This document shows, in pieces, positions 27,999 to 36,986 of a stretch of 64,000 nt of DNA. This DNA comes from Methanoregula sp. (GTDB lineage: Archaea > Halobacteriota > Methanomicrobia > Methanomicrobiales > Methanospirillaceae). The notes below the pieces were generated by a model that did no database searches, was not told the DNA's origin, and saw only the letters and a list, made by a program, of their open reading frames with translations. Location: positions 4,137-68,136 of the forward strand of contig JAUSBW010000271.1 in NCBI GenBank assembly GCA_030651815.1, written 5' to 3'. How positions within the stretch are numbered: position 1 is the stretch's first letter; every line of letters starts with the position of its first letter. The position numbers and the translations under genes were made by a program.

Positions 27999-28817
27999 AT
28001 GAAATATCTTCTTTTTATTGTCTTACTTGTGGCAACAATAATAACTGCCGGGTGTGTTGGAGGAAATCAAAATTCCGTTGTTACACCATCCCCGCCAACG
28101 TTAACAGTTACAATCACCTCAACAACGACCCAACAAACAAATCCACAACTTGAAAGTGACAAATTGTTCTTGTCAACAGCAATCGAATACAATGATGAAT
28201 TTTCTATTGCAACGCAGATATTTGCCAAGATACTCAAAGAAGAGAATCGTTGGCTCTCAAATGTCAAACAGACAGAACGGGACTATCAAAACGCGCTCGA
28301 CGATTTAGAGATGGAAAAGAGTATTGCTTCTGATCTCAACCTTAAATATAATAGAAATATGCAGAATGCAGGAAGTGATGTTTCATTAGCGCGAATTTAC
28401 ACAATGGCCTATAATCAGAATACAGCAGACCAGACCAAATTGATTACTCTCGCTCAAAACGTAGTTGACGTTAAGAAAGCTGTAATGGATGCTGCAAAAA
28501 AACCAATTGATCTTAAATCTAAGGGACTTGATGTAAATGTATTAAATGCAACTTGTACTAGAGCAATAGATCAATTAACCCCAATTGAAGTTTCTTCCGA
28601 ATTACAGCCGACAAAAGATCAATATCTTACCGCGATATCTAATTTTAAGAAAGGTGGAGACTGTGTTGCAACTGCTGTCAATTATTATAATCAGGGACAA
28701 GTATCATCAGGTACTGACTCTTATGACAAAGGAATTGCTTATATAGAGACTGGAACGAATCAACTGGATTCATCCACCCTATTACTTCAACAATACAAAA
28801 CAAGAATGGGAAAATAA
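27999..28817 (+). CDS. putative secreted lipoprotein
   Basis: Signal peptide with lipobox-like LVATIITAGC, Thr-rich linker, then an Asn/Gln-rich helical region. Lies in the AT-rich island. Confidence 0.55.
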   Translation: MKYLLFIVLLVATIITAGCVGGNQNSVVTPSPPTLTVTITSTTTQQTNPQLESDKLFLSTAIEYNDEFSIATQIFAKILKEENRWLSNVKQTERDYQNALDDLEMEKSIASDLNLKYNRNMQNAGSDVSLARIYTMAYNQNTADQTKLITLAQNVVDVKKAVMDAAKKPIDLKSKGLDVNVLNATCTRAIDQLTPIEVSSELQPTKDQYLTAISNFKKGGDCVATAVNYYNQGQVSSGTDSYDKGIAYIETGTNQLDSSTLLLQQYKTRMGK

Positions 28818-29043
28818 TTTTTTCACCTTTATTATTGTATATCATTGTATGGGCTCGTCCTCAAACTTACCGTTTTCATTCATTGCGTTTGTACGTCCCT
28901 CATGCGGAAGAAACGCCAATAGTAACACAATAGCGGGGCATTTTTAACATCTCTATGATTAAGTAAGACGTGGACGGGTGTTCAAATCCCACCTCTCACA
29001 GTTATTATAAAATATTTATACTGGTATAGTATACACTCACTCT

Positions 29044-29985
29044 ATGCATAAGATTACAATATTATCACTGGTTTCCCTGTTGCTTATCCTAGCGTTCATA
29101 GTTCCGGTAATAGCGATAGATCCGGCCCTCTTTTCGAACAAAGATTCTTTGGTCAGAAGTCAGAAAGAGTCAGGCGGTTTTGATGGAAATGCGTTTATGA
29201 TCGCATATGAGGGTGCACAAAGGAATTCGATATATGATGTATATTTCAATGATGGCGATGTTTCCGGGATTATACCCCCAACACTATTAGTGAAAGAAAC
29301 ATTGTTGGCACATACCAACGTCACTACTATATCCGCTGGACACTTCCAAATGTCAATCGGAGACCTTACAGCAGGCATCATATATTTTGCGACCAATTCG
29401 CAGACTACTCCTATGATATACACCATTAAGGTTGTAGATCCCACTGGGAAGGTACCCCCCGCGCAGACTACTGTCAAGATCCTTGCAGTTGCTCCGACAC
29501 CAACCCCGATCCCCACCCCGTCAATCGGGAATATTGTTGTACAATCGAGCCCGGCGGGAGCAACAATTTTCCTCGATAACGCGATCAAAGGGATTACTCC
29601 ATTAACTATCAACTCCGTTCCCAATGGAGCTCATGTTGTGCTTCTCCGGCTTGATGGGTATCAGGATTCATCGAGCAGCATAAACGTTCTCGGAGATACT
29701 CAGACAATTAATCCGACGTTCACACCAAAAACCACAACCATTGGGGCAACAACCATTCCCACGACAGTTTCTGTTACCACAACCACGACGATCGGGGCCA
29801 TCATAACAGAATTAACGACGACTGGCACAACCGCAACTCCAGAACCAACGGCGACTGTGAATTACAGTGCAACAATCGCCGCGATGCAAAGTCAAATCGC
29901 CGAACAGAACGCGAAGATCACTGAGCAGGGAAACATTTTGGATCAAATAACCCACTTTTTAAGGAATGTTTTTGGTTGGAAATAA
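29044..29985 (+). CDS. secreted PEGA-domain protein
   Basis: N-terminal signal/TM. PEGA-like segment IVVQSSPAGATIFLDNAIKGITPLTINSVPNGAHVVLLRLDGYQD. Thr-rich linker and a C-terminal coiled segment. Confidence 0.65.
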   Translation: MHKITILSLVSLLLILAFIVPVIAIDPALFSNKDSLVRSQKESGGFDGNAFMIAYEGAQRNSIYDVYFNDGDVSGIIPPTLLVKETLLAHTNVTTISAGHFQMSIGDLTAGIIYFATNSQTTPMIYTIKVVDPTGKVPPAQTTVKILAVAPTPTPIPTPSIGNIVVQSSPAGATIFLDNAIKGITPLTINSVPNGAHVVLLRLDGYQDSSSSINVLGDTQTINPTFTPKTTTIGATTIPTTVSVTTTTTIGAIITELTTTGTTATPEPTATVNYSATIAAMQSQIAEQNAKITEQGNILDQITHFLRNVFGWK

Positions 29986-30035
29986 CTTTTTAAACAATTT
30001 TTATGTTATTTTTAAAAATTAAATCAATTCATTGA

Positions 30036-30554
30036 ATGATATTCGGAAAAATCAATATGGAAGAAAAATTTATCAGATGCCCTACATGTGAGATAGGAGA
30101 ACAGATATCTGGTATTATTAATGATGGCCCTAATGGCGAGTATCAAGAAATTTATTATTATTCTTGTGGGCATAAGGCTCGCAATTGTGTTTTACCCACA
30201 TTGATGCCTATTGGAACACCTCAAATACCATCATATACACTAGAGAGTGAAGAGAAAGTAGGAAGGAAAAATAATCCAAAATATAAAATTGAAAATAAAG
30301 TTAAATATAACGATTTAGACAATCCAAATCGACCTTGTCACTATATTTGGTATTGGGATCGAAAATGCGGTTCGACAAATGTATTTCAAATAATTCAGTA
30401 TCCCTCTGGTGAAATAAAACATGTCGATTGTAAAACCTGCGATACAAACTGGGATTACCGTCAAAAATTTGGATATAATGATTTGTTTATTCTTAATCTA
30501 GAGGGCAAAACAAATATCGAATGTTTATACTGTCATGCGAAATTCGAGCAATAA
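30036..30554 (+). CDS. hypothetical Cys-rich protein
   Basis: 172 aa with CPTC...CGH, CKTC and CLYC pairs (zinc-ribbon-like). Very AT-rich. No family recognised. Confidence 0.4.
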   Translation: MIFGKINMEEKFIRCPTCEIGEQISGIINDGPNGEYQEIYYYSCGHKARNCVLPTLMPIGTPQIPSYTLESEEKVGRKNNPKYKIENKVKYNDLDNPNRPCHYIWYWDRKCGSTNVFQIIQYPSGEIKHVDCKTCDTNWDYRQKFGYNDLFILNLEGKTNIECLYCHAKFEQ

Positions 30555-30865
30555 TCTTGTTGAAAAAATTGACGAAGTATTCGAACAAAAGATCAGTCAT
30601 GGACGAAGCTTACTATTAATCAGAATTTAAAAAAGGGACTAGGCCGTTAATAAATGTTGTTTTAGGGATTTAGTTTTTGAAAATATCAAATTCTTTTTTT
30701 ATTTAATTACAGCTAATTATGTATTATTTTAAAAAACTCAAAAAACTCGTTTGTCCAATTGCCACAGCTCTTTAATATCCGTCCACCCTATCTATAAAGG
30801 CATACGGGATGCGTCCCGTTGAAAGGAATGTAGCTCAGCAATGAGCCGAACCTTAGGTGATCACC

Positions 30866-31456
30866 ATGGTAAAATCGATGTACGCCTTCGTCAGGGAGGC
30901 ATGGAAAGTACCCGCAAAGAGTGGAGTTAAGGAACTCCTCTGGAACCGCATGCAGGAATGGCGCCGTGAAGGCAGCGTTGTCAGGGTCGAGCGCCCCACC
31001 CGTATTGACCGTGCACGCACCCTTGGCTACAAGGCCAAACAGGGCATTGCCGTTGCACGTGTCCAGGTCCGCCGAGGAGGCCGCCGGGCATCAAGGTATG
31101 TCCGTGCGCGCCGTACAGCAGCGATGGGCAAGAACAGCAAGACTATGGGTAAAAGCATCCAGCGCATTGCAGAAGAGCGCGCGTCCAAGAAATTCCCCAA
31201 CATGGAAGTGCTCAACTCCTACTGGGTAGGGCAGGATGGGAAGCTCAAATACTACGAAGTAATTCTCGTAGACGGACACCACCCCTCAATAAGAGCCGAC
31301 AAGAACCTTGCATGGATGGCAAACGCCACCCATCGCGGTCGTGCAGAGCGCGGAAAGACCTCAGCAGGTCGCAAGGGTCGCGGTATGAGGGAGAAGGGTA
31401 TCGGAACTGAAAAGACCCGCCCGAGCATCCGTTCCCACGCGAACCAGGGCAAATAA
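30866..31456 (+). CDS. rpl15e: 50S ribosomal protein L15e
   Basis: [16 protein letters not shown]..., a highly basic protein. Unmistakable L15e N-terminus. Confidence 0.95.
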   Translation: MVKSMYAFVREAWKVPAKSGVKELLWNRMQEWRREGSVVRVERPTRIDRARTLGYKAKQGIAVARVQVRRGGRRASRYVRARRTAAMGKNSKTMGKSIQRIAEERASKKFPNMEVLNSYWVGQDGKLKYYEVILVDGHHPSIRADKNLAWMANATHRGRAERGKTSAGRKGRGMREKGIGTEKTRPSIRSHANQGK

Positions 31457-31487
31457 TCTTATCCTCTTTTTACGCAAAGATAACTTC

Positions 31488-32132
31488 ATGAAGATCACCG
31501 ATGCCGCTGTATACCCGTACCCGATCGGAGATGCATCGGTCCGCAGGCTCGCGCTCGAAGCCGCTGCGCTTGGATTCGACAGCATTGTAGCTGTTGACAC
31601 CCCTTCTGGCACGTACGGGGGAGTTGAGGTGCGATCAGGGCTGATGATCCGGGATGTCCCGGTAAAGGATGTCATCTCTGCTGTGAAACGCTCGAAAGAT
31701 TCCGGCAGGGTGATCTCGGTCAATGCGGCAAATAACAATTTCAACCGTGCCGTGATTGGTCTCAAAGGTGTACACATCCTGCGCGGCATCCAGTCAGCGG
31801 ACAAACTCGCGTTCGATCATGTGGCGGCAAAGATGGCAGCCGATAACCGGGTAGCGGTGGATATCGATCTCTCCCCCATCATCATGGGAAGGAGTGTCGC
31901 ACGACAACGCGCGATTCACCGGTATATGGATATCATGGTGCTGGAACAGCGCTTTGAGTTCCCGATCACGCTCTCAACGCATGCCCGCTCTGTTCTCGAC
32001 ATGCGGAATGTCCGGGACATCGCAGGGCTCTGCAGTCTCATCGGCATGGATGTACCGGATGTTGAACGTGCGCTTGCCGGCGTCGGGAGCGTTCTCACTC
32101 CCCCGGTACCGAGCGTGAGGGTGATCGCATGA
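31488..32132 (+). CDS. rnp3: RNase P protein component 3 (Rpp30)
   Basis: 214-aa TIM-barrel-like protein in the conserved position after L15e. N-terminal DAAVYPYP...LGFDSIVAV. Confidence 0.8.
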   Translation: MKITDAAVYPYPIGDASVRRLALEAAALGFDSIVAVDTPSGTYGGVEVRSGLMIRDVPVKDVISAVKRSKDSGRVISVNAANNNFNRAVIGLKGVHILRGIQSADKLAFDHVAAKMAADNRVAVDIDLSPIIMGRSVARQRAIHRYMDIMVLEQRFEFPITLSTHARSVLDMRNVRDIAGLCSLIGMDVPDVERALAGVGSVLTPPVPSVRVIA

Positions 32133-32692
32133 GTATCCGCCCGCCCACGCTGCGTGAGAAGCACCGTTATATCCTCGCACGGATTGAACCTGCCGGAACC
32201 CTGCTTGAGCAGAAAGAGCTGTATTATGCAATTTCTGATGCGACCACATCGCTCTGGGGCGATGCAACAACGGCAATCATCACACCCGCAGTTGTTGCGC
32301 TTGAATATGGGCATGTGGTCATCCGGTGCCGGCGGGGGACCGAACGCGAGCTGGCGATTGCTGTGTCTACTGTCACCGCATGTCGTGATGTGCGCATCAG
32401 CCTGCGTATCATCGCAGCATCCGGTACCATCGAAAGCCTGCGCGAACGATTCAGGCCAAAAAAAATCCCTAAAATTAAATCTGAACCTGAAAAAACAGCA
32501 ACAGGGACCGATTCAGGAGAAGAACACGTGCTGCCGGAATGCAGTTTTGCAAAAAAAACCTTCCTTGTCCTGCAATGTAACGGTCATAAGGTTGATGTGA
32601 TTGAAAAGGGATTTAAAAATACAAACCGATTGTTCTTAACAAAAGATGATCTGGAGGATTTGAATGCAACCACAATATCAGACAGGATATGA
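32129..32692 (+). CDS. rnp2: RNase P protein component 2 (Pop5), with a C-terminal extension
   Basis: N-terminal PPTLREKHRYILARIEP is the Pop5 signature. 187 aa, with the last ~60 aa beyond the usual domain. 4-nt overlap with rnp3 and 29-nt overlap with psmA. Confidence 0.75.
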   Translation: MSIRPPTLREKHRYILARIEPAGTLLEQKELYYAISDATTSLWGDATTAIITPAVVALEYGHVVIRCRRGTERELAIAVSTVTACRDVRISLRIIAASGTIESLRERFRPKKIPKIKSEPEKTATGTDSGEEHVLPECSFAKKTFLVLQCNGHKVDVIEKGFKNTNRLFLTKDDLEDLNATTISDRI

Positions 32693-33386
32693 CCGGGCGA
32701 TCACCGTTTTTTCCCCCGATGGCAGGCTCTACCAGGTAGAGTATGCCAGAGAAGCAGTAAAGCGGGGAACCACCGCGGTAGGTATCAAGGCAAAGGACGG
32801 CGTTGTCCTGATTGTTGACAAGCGGGTGAGCTCCAAGCTCCTTGAGGCTTCTTCGATTGAGAAAATTTTCAAGATCGATGAGCACATCGGTGTTGCCTCT
32901 TCCGGTCTTGTCGGGGATGCACGGGCACTGGTGGACCGGGCTCGGGTCGAGTGCCAGATCAACCGTGTTTCCTATGATGAACCGATCGAGGTCGAAGCGC
33001 TCTCCAAAAAACTCTGCGATCACATGCAGACGCTCACGCAGTACGGTGGCATCCGCCCGTACGGCACTGCCCTGCTCATTGCGGGTGTAAGTGACGGCGA
33101 CTGTCGCCTTTTCGAGACGGACCCCTCCGGCACCCTGCTAGAGTACAAGGCAACGGGAATCGGGATCGGCCGCCCGGCCGCCATGAAGGTATTTGAGGAG
33201 GAATACAATCCTGAAATCGAGGTCAAGGACGCGATCCTTCTGGGCTTAAAGGCACTCCACTCTGCAACCGAAGGCAAGTTCGATGTTGATACCGTTGAAA
33301 TCGGTGTCATCGGGCGCGAGATCCCTGTCTTTAAGAAGATGAGCAGGGAAGAAGTCGCCTCGTATGTAGAACAGTTCAAACAGTGA
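32664..33386 (+). CDS. psmA: proteasome subunit alpha
   Basis: YDRAITVFSPDGRLYQVEYAREAVKRG N-terminus. 240 aa. Confidence 0.95.
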   Translation: MQPQYQTGYDRAITVFSPDGRLYQVEYAREAVKRGTTAVGIKAKDGVVLIVDKRVSSKLLEASSIEKIFKIDEHIGVASSGLVGDARALVDRARVECQINRVSYDEPIEVEALSKKLCDHMQTLTQYGGIRPYGTALLIAGVSDGDCRLFETDPSGTLLEYKATGIGIGRPAAMKVFEEEYNPEIEVKDAILLGLKALHSATEGKFDVDTVEIGVIGREIPVFKKMSREEVASYVEQFKQ

Positions 33387-33401
33387 TCAGCCTGACCTGA
33401 T

Positions 33402-34106
33402 ATGATACCGCTTGAAAAGTCCACCGTTGCGCGCCTCGAGAGTTTTGGGGAGCGCTTCGAGATTCTCGTTGACCCTGATAAGGCTGCATTAGTAAGGCAG
33501 GGACAGGCTGTTGACATTGAGGATGTAGTCGCAGCCCTCAATGTGTTCAGCAATACCTCCAAGGCAACCCGCGCTCCTGACGAGGCACTCATAAAAGTCT
33601 TCCACACCACGGACTTCGACACGATCGCGCGCCGTATCATAACGAAAGGTGAGATCCATCTCACTTCCGATCAGCGCAAACACATGATTGAGGAGAAGCG
33701 CCGTCAGGTGGTAAATTTCATCGCGCGCAATGCAGTCAACCCGCAGACCGGACACCCGCACCCGCCGCACAGGATCGAGATGGCGATGGAAGAGGCGCGC
33801 GTGAACATTGATCCGTTCAAGCATCTCGATGAACAGGTAAAAGAGACGGTAAAGGCACTGCGTCCTCTCCTGCCGATCAGGTTCGAAGAACTCCGGCTCG
33901 CCATCCGGATTCCGGCAGACTTTGCAGCAAAAGCCTACGGGGATATTGCTGCCGGATGCACCATGGAAAAAAACGAGTGGCAGAAGGACGGTTCATGGGT
34001 TTGTGTGGTGCGCATTCCTGCCGGGATACAGGGCGATTTCTATGATCTCATCAATAAACTCTCCAAAGGCGAGGGTCAGGTAAAAATCCTCAATCAGGTA
34101 TATTAA
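33402..34106 (+). CDS. ribosome maturation protein SDO1/SBDS
   Basis: 234 aa. FEILVDPDKA ... three-domain SBDS layout, in the conserved superoperon position. Confidence 0.85.
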   Translation: MIPLEKSTVARLESFGERFEILVDPDKAALVRQGQAVDIEDVVAALNVFSNTSKATRAPDEALIKVFHTTDFDTIARRIITKGEIHLTSDQRKHMIEEKRRQVVNFIARNAVNPQTGHPHPPHRIEMAMEEARVNIDPFKHLDEQVKETVKALRPLLPIRFEELRLAIRIPADFAAKAYGDIAAGCTMEKNEWQKDGSWVCVVRIPAGIQGDFYDLINKLSKGEGQVKILNQVY

Positions 34107-34149
34107 TTCAGACGACAAATACAAGAAGACAGATCGGGGAATATCCATT

Positions 34150-34446
34150 ATGGCAAGCTCCACACATAAAGCAAAAGGAAAAGTGACAAGAAGTGCCGGG
34201 CGTTTTGGGTGCCGGTACGGCAGATTTGTACGTAAGCGAGTAGCAGATATTGAAGCTGTTTCACGAGCACTTCACACCTGTCCGAAGTGTGATATGGTGT
34301 CTGTTCAGCGCCGGGGAACCGGTATCTGGGAATGCCGCAAATGCGGGTTCAAGTTCGCTGGCGGGGCATACGTGCCGCAGACGCCGGCTATGAAGATTGC
34401 CAAGCGTGCAATTGAGAGAACCGTTGCTGAACACAGGATTAAATAA
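34150..34446 (+). CDS. rpl37ae: 50S ribosomal protein L37Ae (eL43)
   Basis: Zinc ribbon CPKC...CRKC with the [11 protein letters not shown] motif. Confidence 0.9.
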   Translation: MASSTHKAKGKVTRSAGRFGCRYGRFVRKRVADIEAVSRALHTCPKCDMVSVQRRGTGIWECRKCGFKFAGGAYVPQTPAMKIAKRAIERTVAEHRIK

Positions 34447-34457
34447 ACGGATCGTAT

Positions 34458-34592
34458 ATGGCAAGTTCCTACAAATGTGCACGGTGCAAGCAGAAAGTTG
34501 AAGTCGACGTCAACGTGCGGTGCCCATACTGTGGTCACCGGATTCTTTTTAAAGAACGTGGCGCGGCGATCAAAGAACTGAAAGCCAGGTAA
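34458..34592 (+). CDS. rpoP: DNA-directed RNA polymerase subunit P (Rpo12)
   Basis: 44-aa ORF below the track cutoff: [44 protein letters not shown]. CxxC...CxxC ribbon, in the conserved position after L37Ae. Confidence 0.8.
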   Translation: MASSYKCARCKQKVEVDVNVRCPYCGHRILFKERGAAIKELKAR

Positions 34593-34601
34593 CCAATGCG
34601 C

Positions 34602-34645
34602 ATTCAGGTTAGCTGCCTGAATCAACATACTTTATCTTCTTTTTT
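34602..34645 (+). terminator. hairpin plus T-run after rpoP
   Basis: ATTCAGG-ttagctg-CCTGAAT stem-loop (34602-34622), followed by a T-rich stretch ending in T6 (34640-34645). Confidence 0.35.
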
Positions 34646-34672
34646 ACCCTACTCTGCAGAGGGATTCTTTGT

Positions 34673-34918
34673 ATGTCGTACCATGAAGCGATATTCCGGT
34701 TTTCAACGGAACATGCCGTTTTAATCCATAAGGCACTGCTACCGGAACTCTCCGATGAAGTGAACCCGCGTTCAAAGACGAGCTGCTGGCTGGAAGGAGA
34801 AAACATACTCCTGCTCAAAATTGAAGCGGAAGATACCGCAGCGCTCCGGGCAGCACTCAATATGGCATTGCGTCTCGTGAATGTAGCAGATGAGATGCAG
34901 CAGATCGCCACGCAATAA
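34673..34918 (+). CDS. KEOPS complex subunit Pcc1
   Basis: 81 aa. Pcc1/CTAG-like pattern (A...LPE...R...L...EDTAALRAALNMALRL) in the conserved neighbourhood. Confidence 0.7.
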   Translation: MSYHEAIFRFSTEHAVLIHKALLPELSDEVNPRSKTSCWLEGENILLLKIEAEDTAALRAALNMALRLVNVADEMQQIATQ

Positions 34919-35083
34919 ACCTGCCAGCACCTGCGGATATTCTGACGACGGCCATCTCTTTGCTCCCTATACTACACTTTATGTTGTACTGTGTTCAAGA
35001 CTACCGTGAGCAGGTGAAGCATTTCACTTTACCGGCGCAATCCTCAATACCTTTACTGGCAGAAATGTAGAGGGAGAACGATC

Positions 35084-35446
35084 ATGAACAATATATCACC
35101 CAAAGTACAGAACCAGCTGGGCATGCTCCAGCAAATCCAGCAACAGCTCCAGACCATCCTCCAGCAGAAGGCCCAGTATGAAATGGCAGTGCGTGAGGCA
35201 AAGCGTGCCCAGGAAGAGATCAGCGATGCTGCTGAGGATGCAGTCATGTACATGACTGTCGGCACTGTCATGATGCAGAAGAAGAAAGACGTAGTGAATG
35301 TAAAGCTTACTGATAAGTTAGAGTCCCTTGAACTGCGCATCAAATCATTAGAGAAACAGGAAAAGATGCTGCAGGGCAAATTCGAGCAGCTGCAGGCGCA
35401 GATCAAGGCAGCACTCGAAGGCAAGGGCGCCCCGTCTGCTGCCTAA
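35084..35446 (+). CDS. pfdB: prefoldin subunit beta
   Basis: 120-aa coiled coil-beta hairpin-coiled coil protein. N-terminal PKVQNQLGMLQQIQQQLQ. Confidence 0.9.
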   Translation: MNNISPKVQNQLGMLQQIQQQLQTILQQKAQYEMAVREAKRAQEEISDAAEDAVMYMTVGTVMMQKKKDVVNVKLTDKLESLELRIKSLEKQEKMLQGKFEQLQAQIKAALEGKGAPSAA

Positions 35447-35491
35447 TCTTTTTTTAATCCCGAATCGTAAAACCCATATGTTCTTGGTATC

Positions 35492-36358
35492 GTGCATACC
35501 AGTCCTTTTGTGAGTCATCTGGCAGACTTCCTGACGACGGACCCGGTCAACCGGTGCGGGAGAGTGTCCGAAGCGTCACAAACCGCCGCAACAGGTGTTG
35601 CGCCGTTGGCACTTGCATTGTTCACATTGGTATCTGTCATCATTGCCCGGTACAGTGCCATCCTCTTCCATGAATGGTCGCATAGTACTATGGCCTGGTT
35701 CTTCGGCGTCTTCCCTGCTGCAAACCCGCTTGCCATCCATTACGGTGACTGGACGCTTCTCGAGGCCAATGCCCTTGCATTCTCCCACATGAGCGAGACG
35801 GCATTTTACACATCGCTGATGCAGAACGGGATGAATCTGCAGGCTGTGACAATCGCAATGGCCGGTCCATCAATGAATATCCTGCTTGCGATCCTCTGCT
35901 TTGCGGTGATCTGGTGCAGTTTCACCAAGGGTCACCCGTTTGCCGCTACGTTTGTTTTCTGGGTCTTTGTCTTTAACTTCGGTGCAGTGTGGGCATTTGC
36001 GCTGCTCAGGGTTTTCTCGATCCATTCGGACATCGGGTATATCGAAACAGCGACCGGTGTACCCCCGCTGATAATCTTCGTTCCGGCCGTGCTCATTGTT
36101 GTTGCTGCAGTCGGGCTGCTCTTCCTACTCCTGATCCCCCGGTATTTTCAACAGGCCGGTATCACAGGCAAAAGGCTGAAGCAGGCAATAGTCGTCCTCG
36201 TTTTTCTTATCCTGTGGCTGTATTATACAATCCTGCCATCGGGCATACTCGATGACGGCACCGGCACGATAAATGGGGTGATGGGAGTGACAGGGAGCCT
36301 TATCCTTGTCATATGTGTCTTCATGGCGGGAAAGCGTGTGTCAGCTGCTTCCGGTTAG
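35492..36358 (+). CDS. polytopic membrane protein with HExxH motif (possible intramembrane metalloprotease)
   Basis: GTG start. Several TM helices. HEWSH lies inside or next to a TM segment. Family not recognised. Confidence 0.45.
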   Translation: MHTSPFVSHLADFLTTDPVNRCGRVSEASQTAATGVAPLALALFTLVSVIIARYSAILFHEWSHSTMAWFFGVFPAANPLAIHYGDWTLLEANALAFSHMSETAFYTSLMQNGMNLQAVTIAMAGPSMNILLAILCFAVIWCSFTKGHPFAATFVFWVFVFNFGAVWAFALLRVFSIHSDIGYIETATGVPPLIIFVPAVLIVVAAVGLLFLLLIPRYFQQAGITGKRLKQAIVVLVFLILWLYYTILPSGILDDGTGTINGVMGVTGSLILVICVFMAGKRVSAASG

Positions 36359-36402
36359 CAGGCTCCGGCAGGTTTTTTGTATCAGGACACGAAACAGCAT
36401 GT

Positions 36403-36978
36403 ATGGATACGGCTCCCGCAGCCTTGCGGTTTTTTTCGATCAAATCTACGGCGGATCATGCTTCCTGTGCGCATAAAGGACAATTCCGCAAGGATCGGAG
36501 AACGCCTTACATAGTCCACCCGGCCCGGGTAGCGGGATACGTGAGTATGTTTGGCGGCTCGCCTGTTGCGATCATCTCTGCCTGGCTTCACGATGTCTAT
36601 GAGGATTGTACGCCTGAATGGTTCTCCTTAACGGACTCTTTTATTGCAGCCCTGCCCCTGCATGAGGATGAACAGCAGGAGATATCTGCAATTGTCGACG
36701 CCCTGACAAAAAAGAACACCATTTCCGGAAAAGCAGCCCGGCTTTCCGACAGCATCGGGAGGATTCTTAATGCCCCGCCCGAAGCTACACTTGTCAAGGT
36801 CTGTGATCGGATCGATAATTTTTTAGATACTGCCTGTCGCGATGGTCAGGTCAGGAAACACTATCTCGTTTCAACGGATGAGATCATCGATCGGCTCTCT
36901 GTGCGTGCAGACTTGTACGGGTACGAAAAAGCCATGGATACGCTCAAAGAGATCCGGTACGCATCATTAAAAAAATGA
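36403..36978 (+). CDS. HD-domain phosphohydrolase
   Basis: YIVHPARVA ... WLHDVYEDC (H...HD motif of HD_4/SpoT-like hydrolases). Start placed at the internal ATG (MDTAPA). Confidence 0.7.
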   Translation: MDTAPAALRFFSIKSTADHASCAHKGQFRKDRRTPYIVHPARVAGYVSMFGGSPVAIISAWLHDVYEDCTPEWFSLTDSFIAALPLHEDEQQEISAIVDALTKKNTISGKAARLSDSIGRILNAPPEATLVKVCDRIDNFLDTACRDGQVRKHYLVSTDEIIDRLSVRADLYGYEKAMDTLKEIRYASLKK

Positions 36979-36986
36979 GTAAATGA

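Noticed and set aside
28968-29000. tRNA-like T-loop sequence (GGGTGTTCAAATCCCACC) as a tRNA gene or att site.
   Set aside because: The flanking bases do not pair into a 5-bp T-stem. No acceptor, D or anticodon arms can be built upstream. At most it is a decayed fragment, so it is mentioned only as weak support in the island finding.
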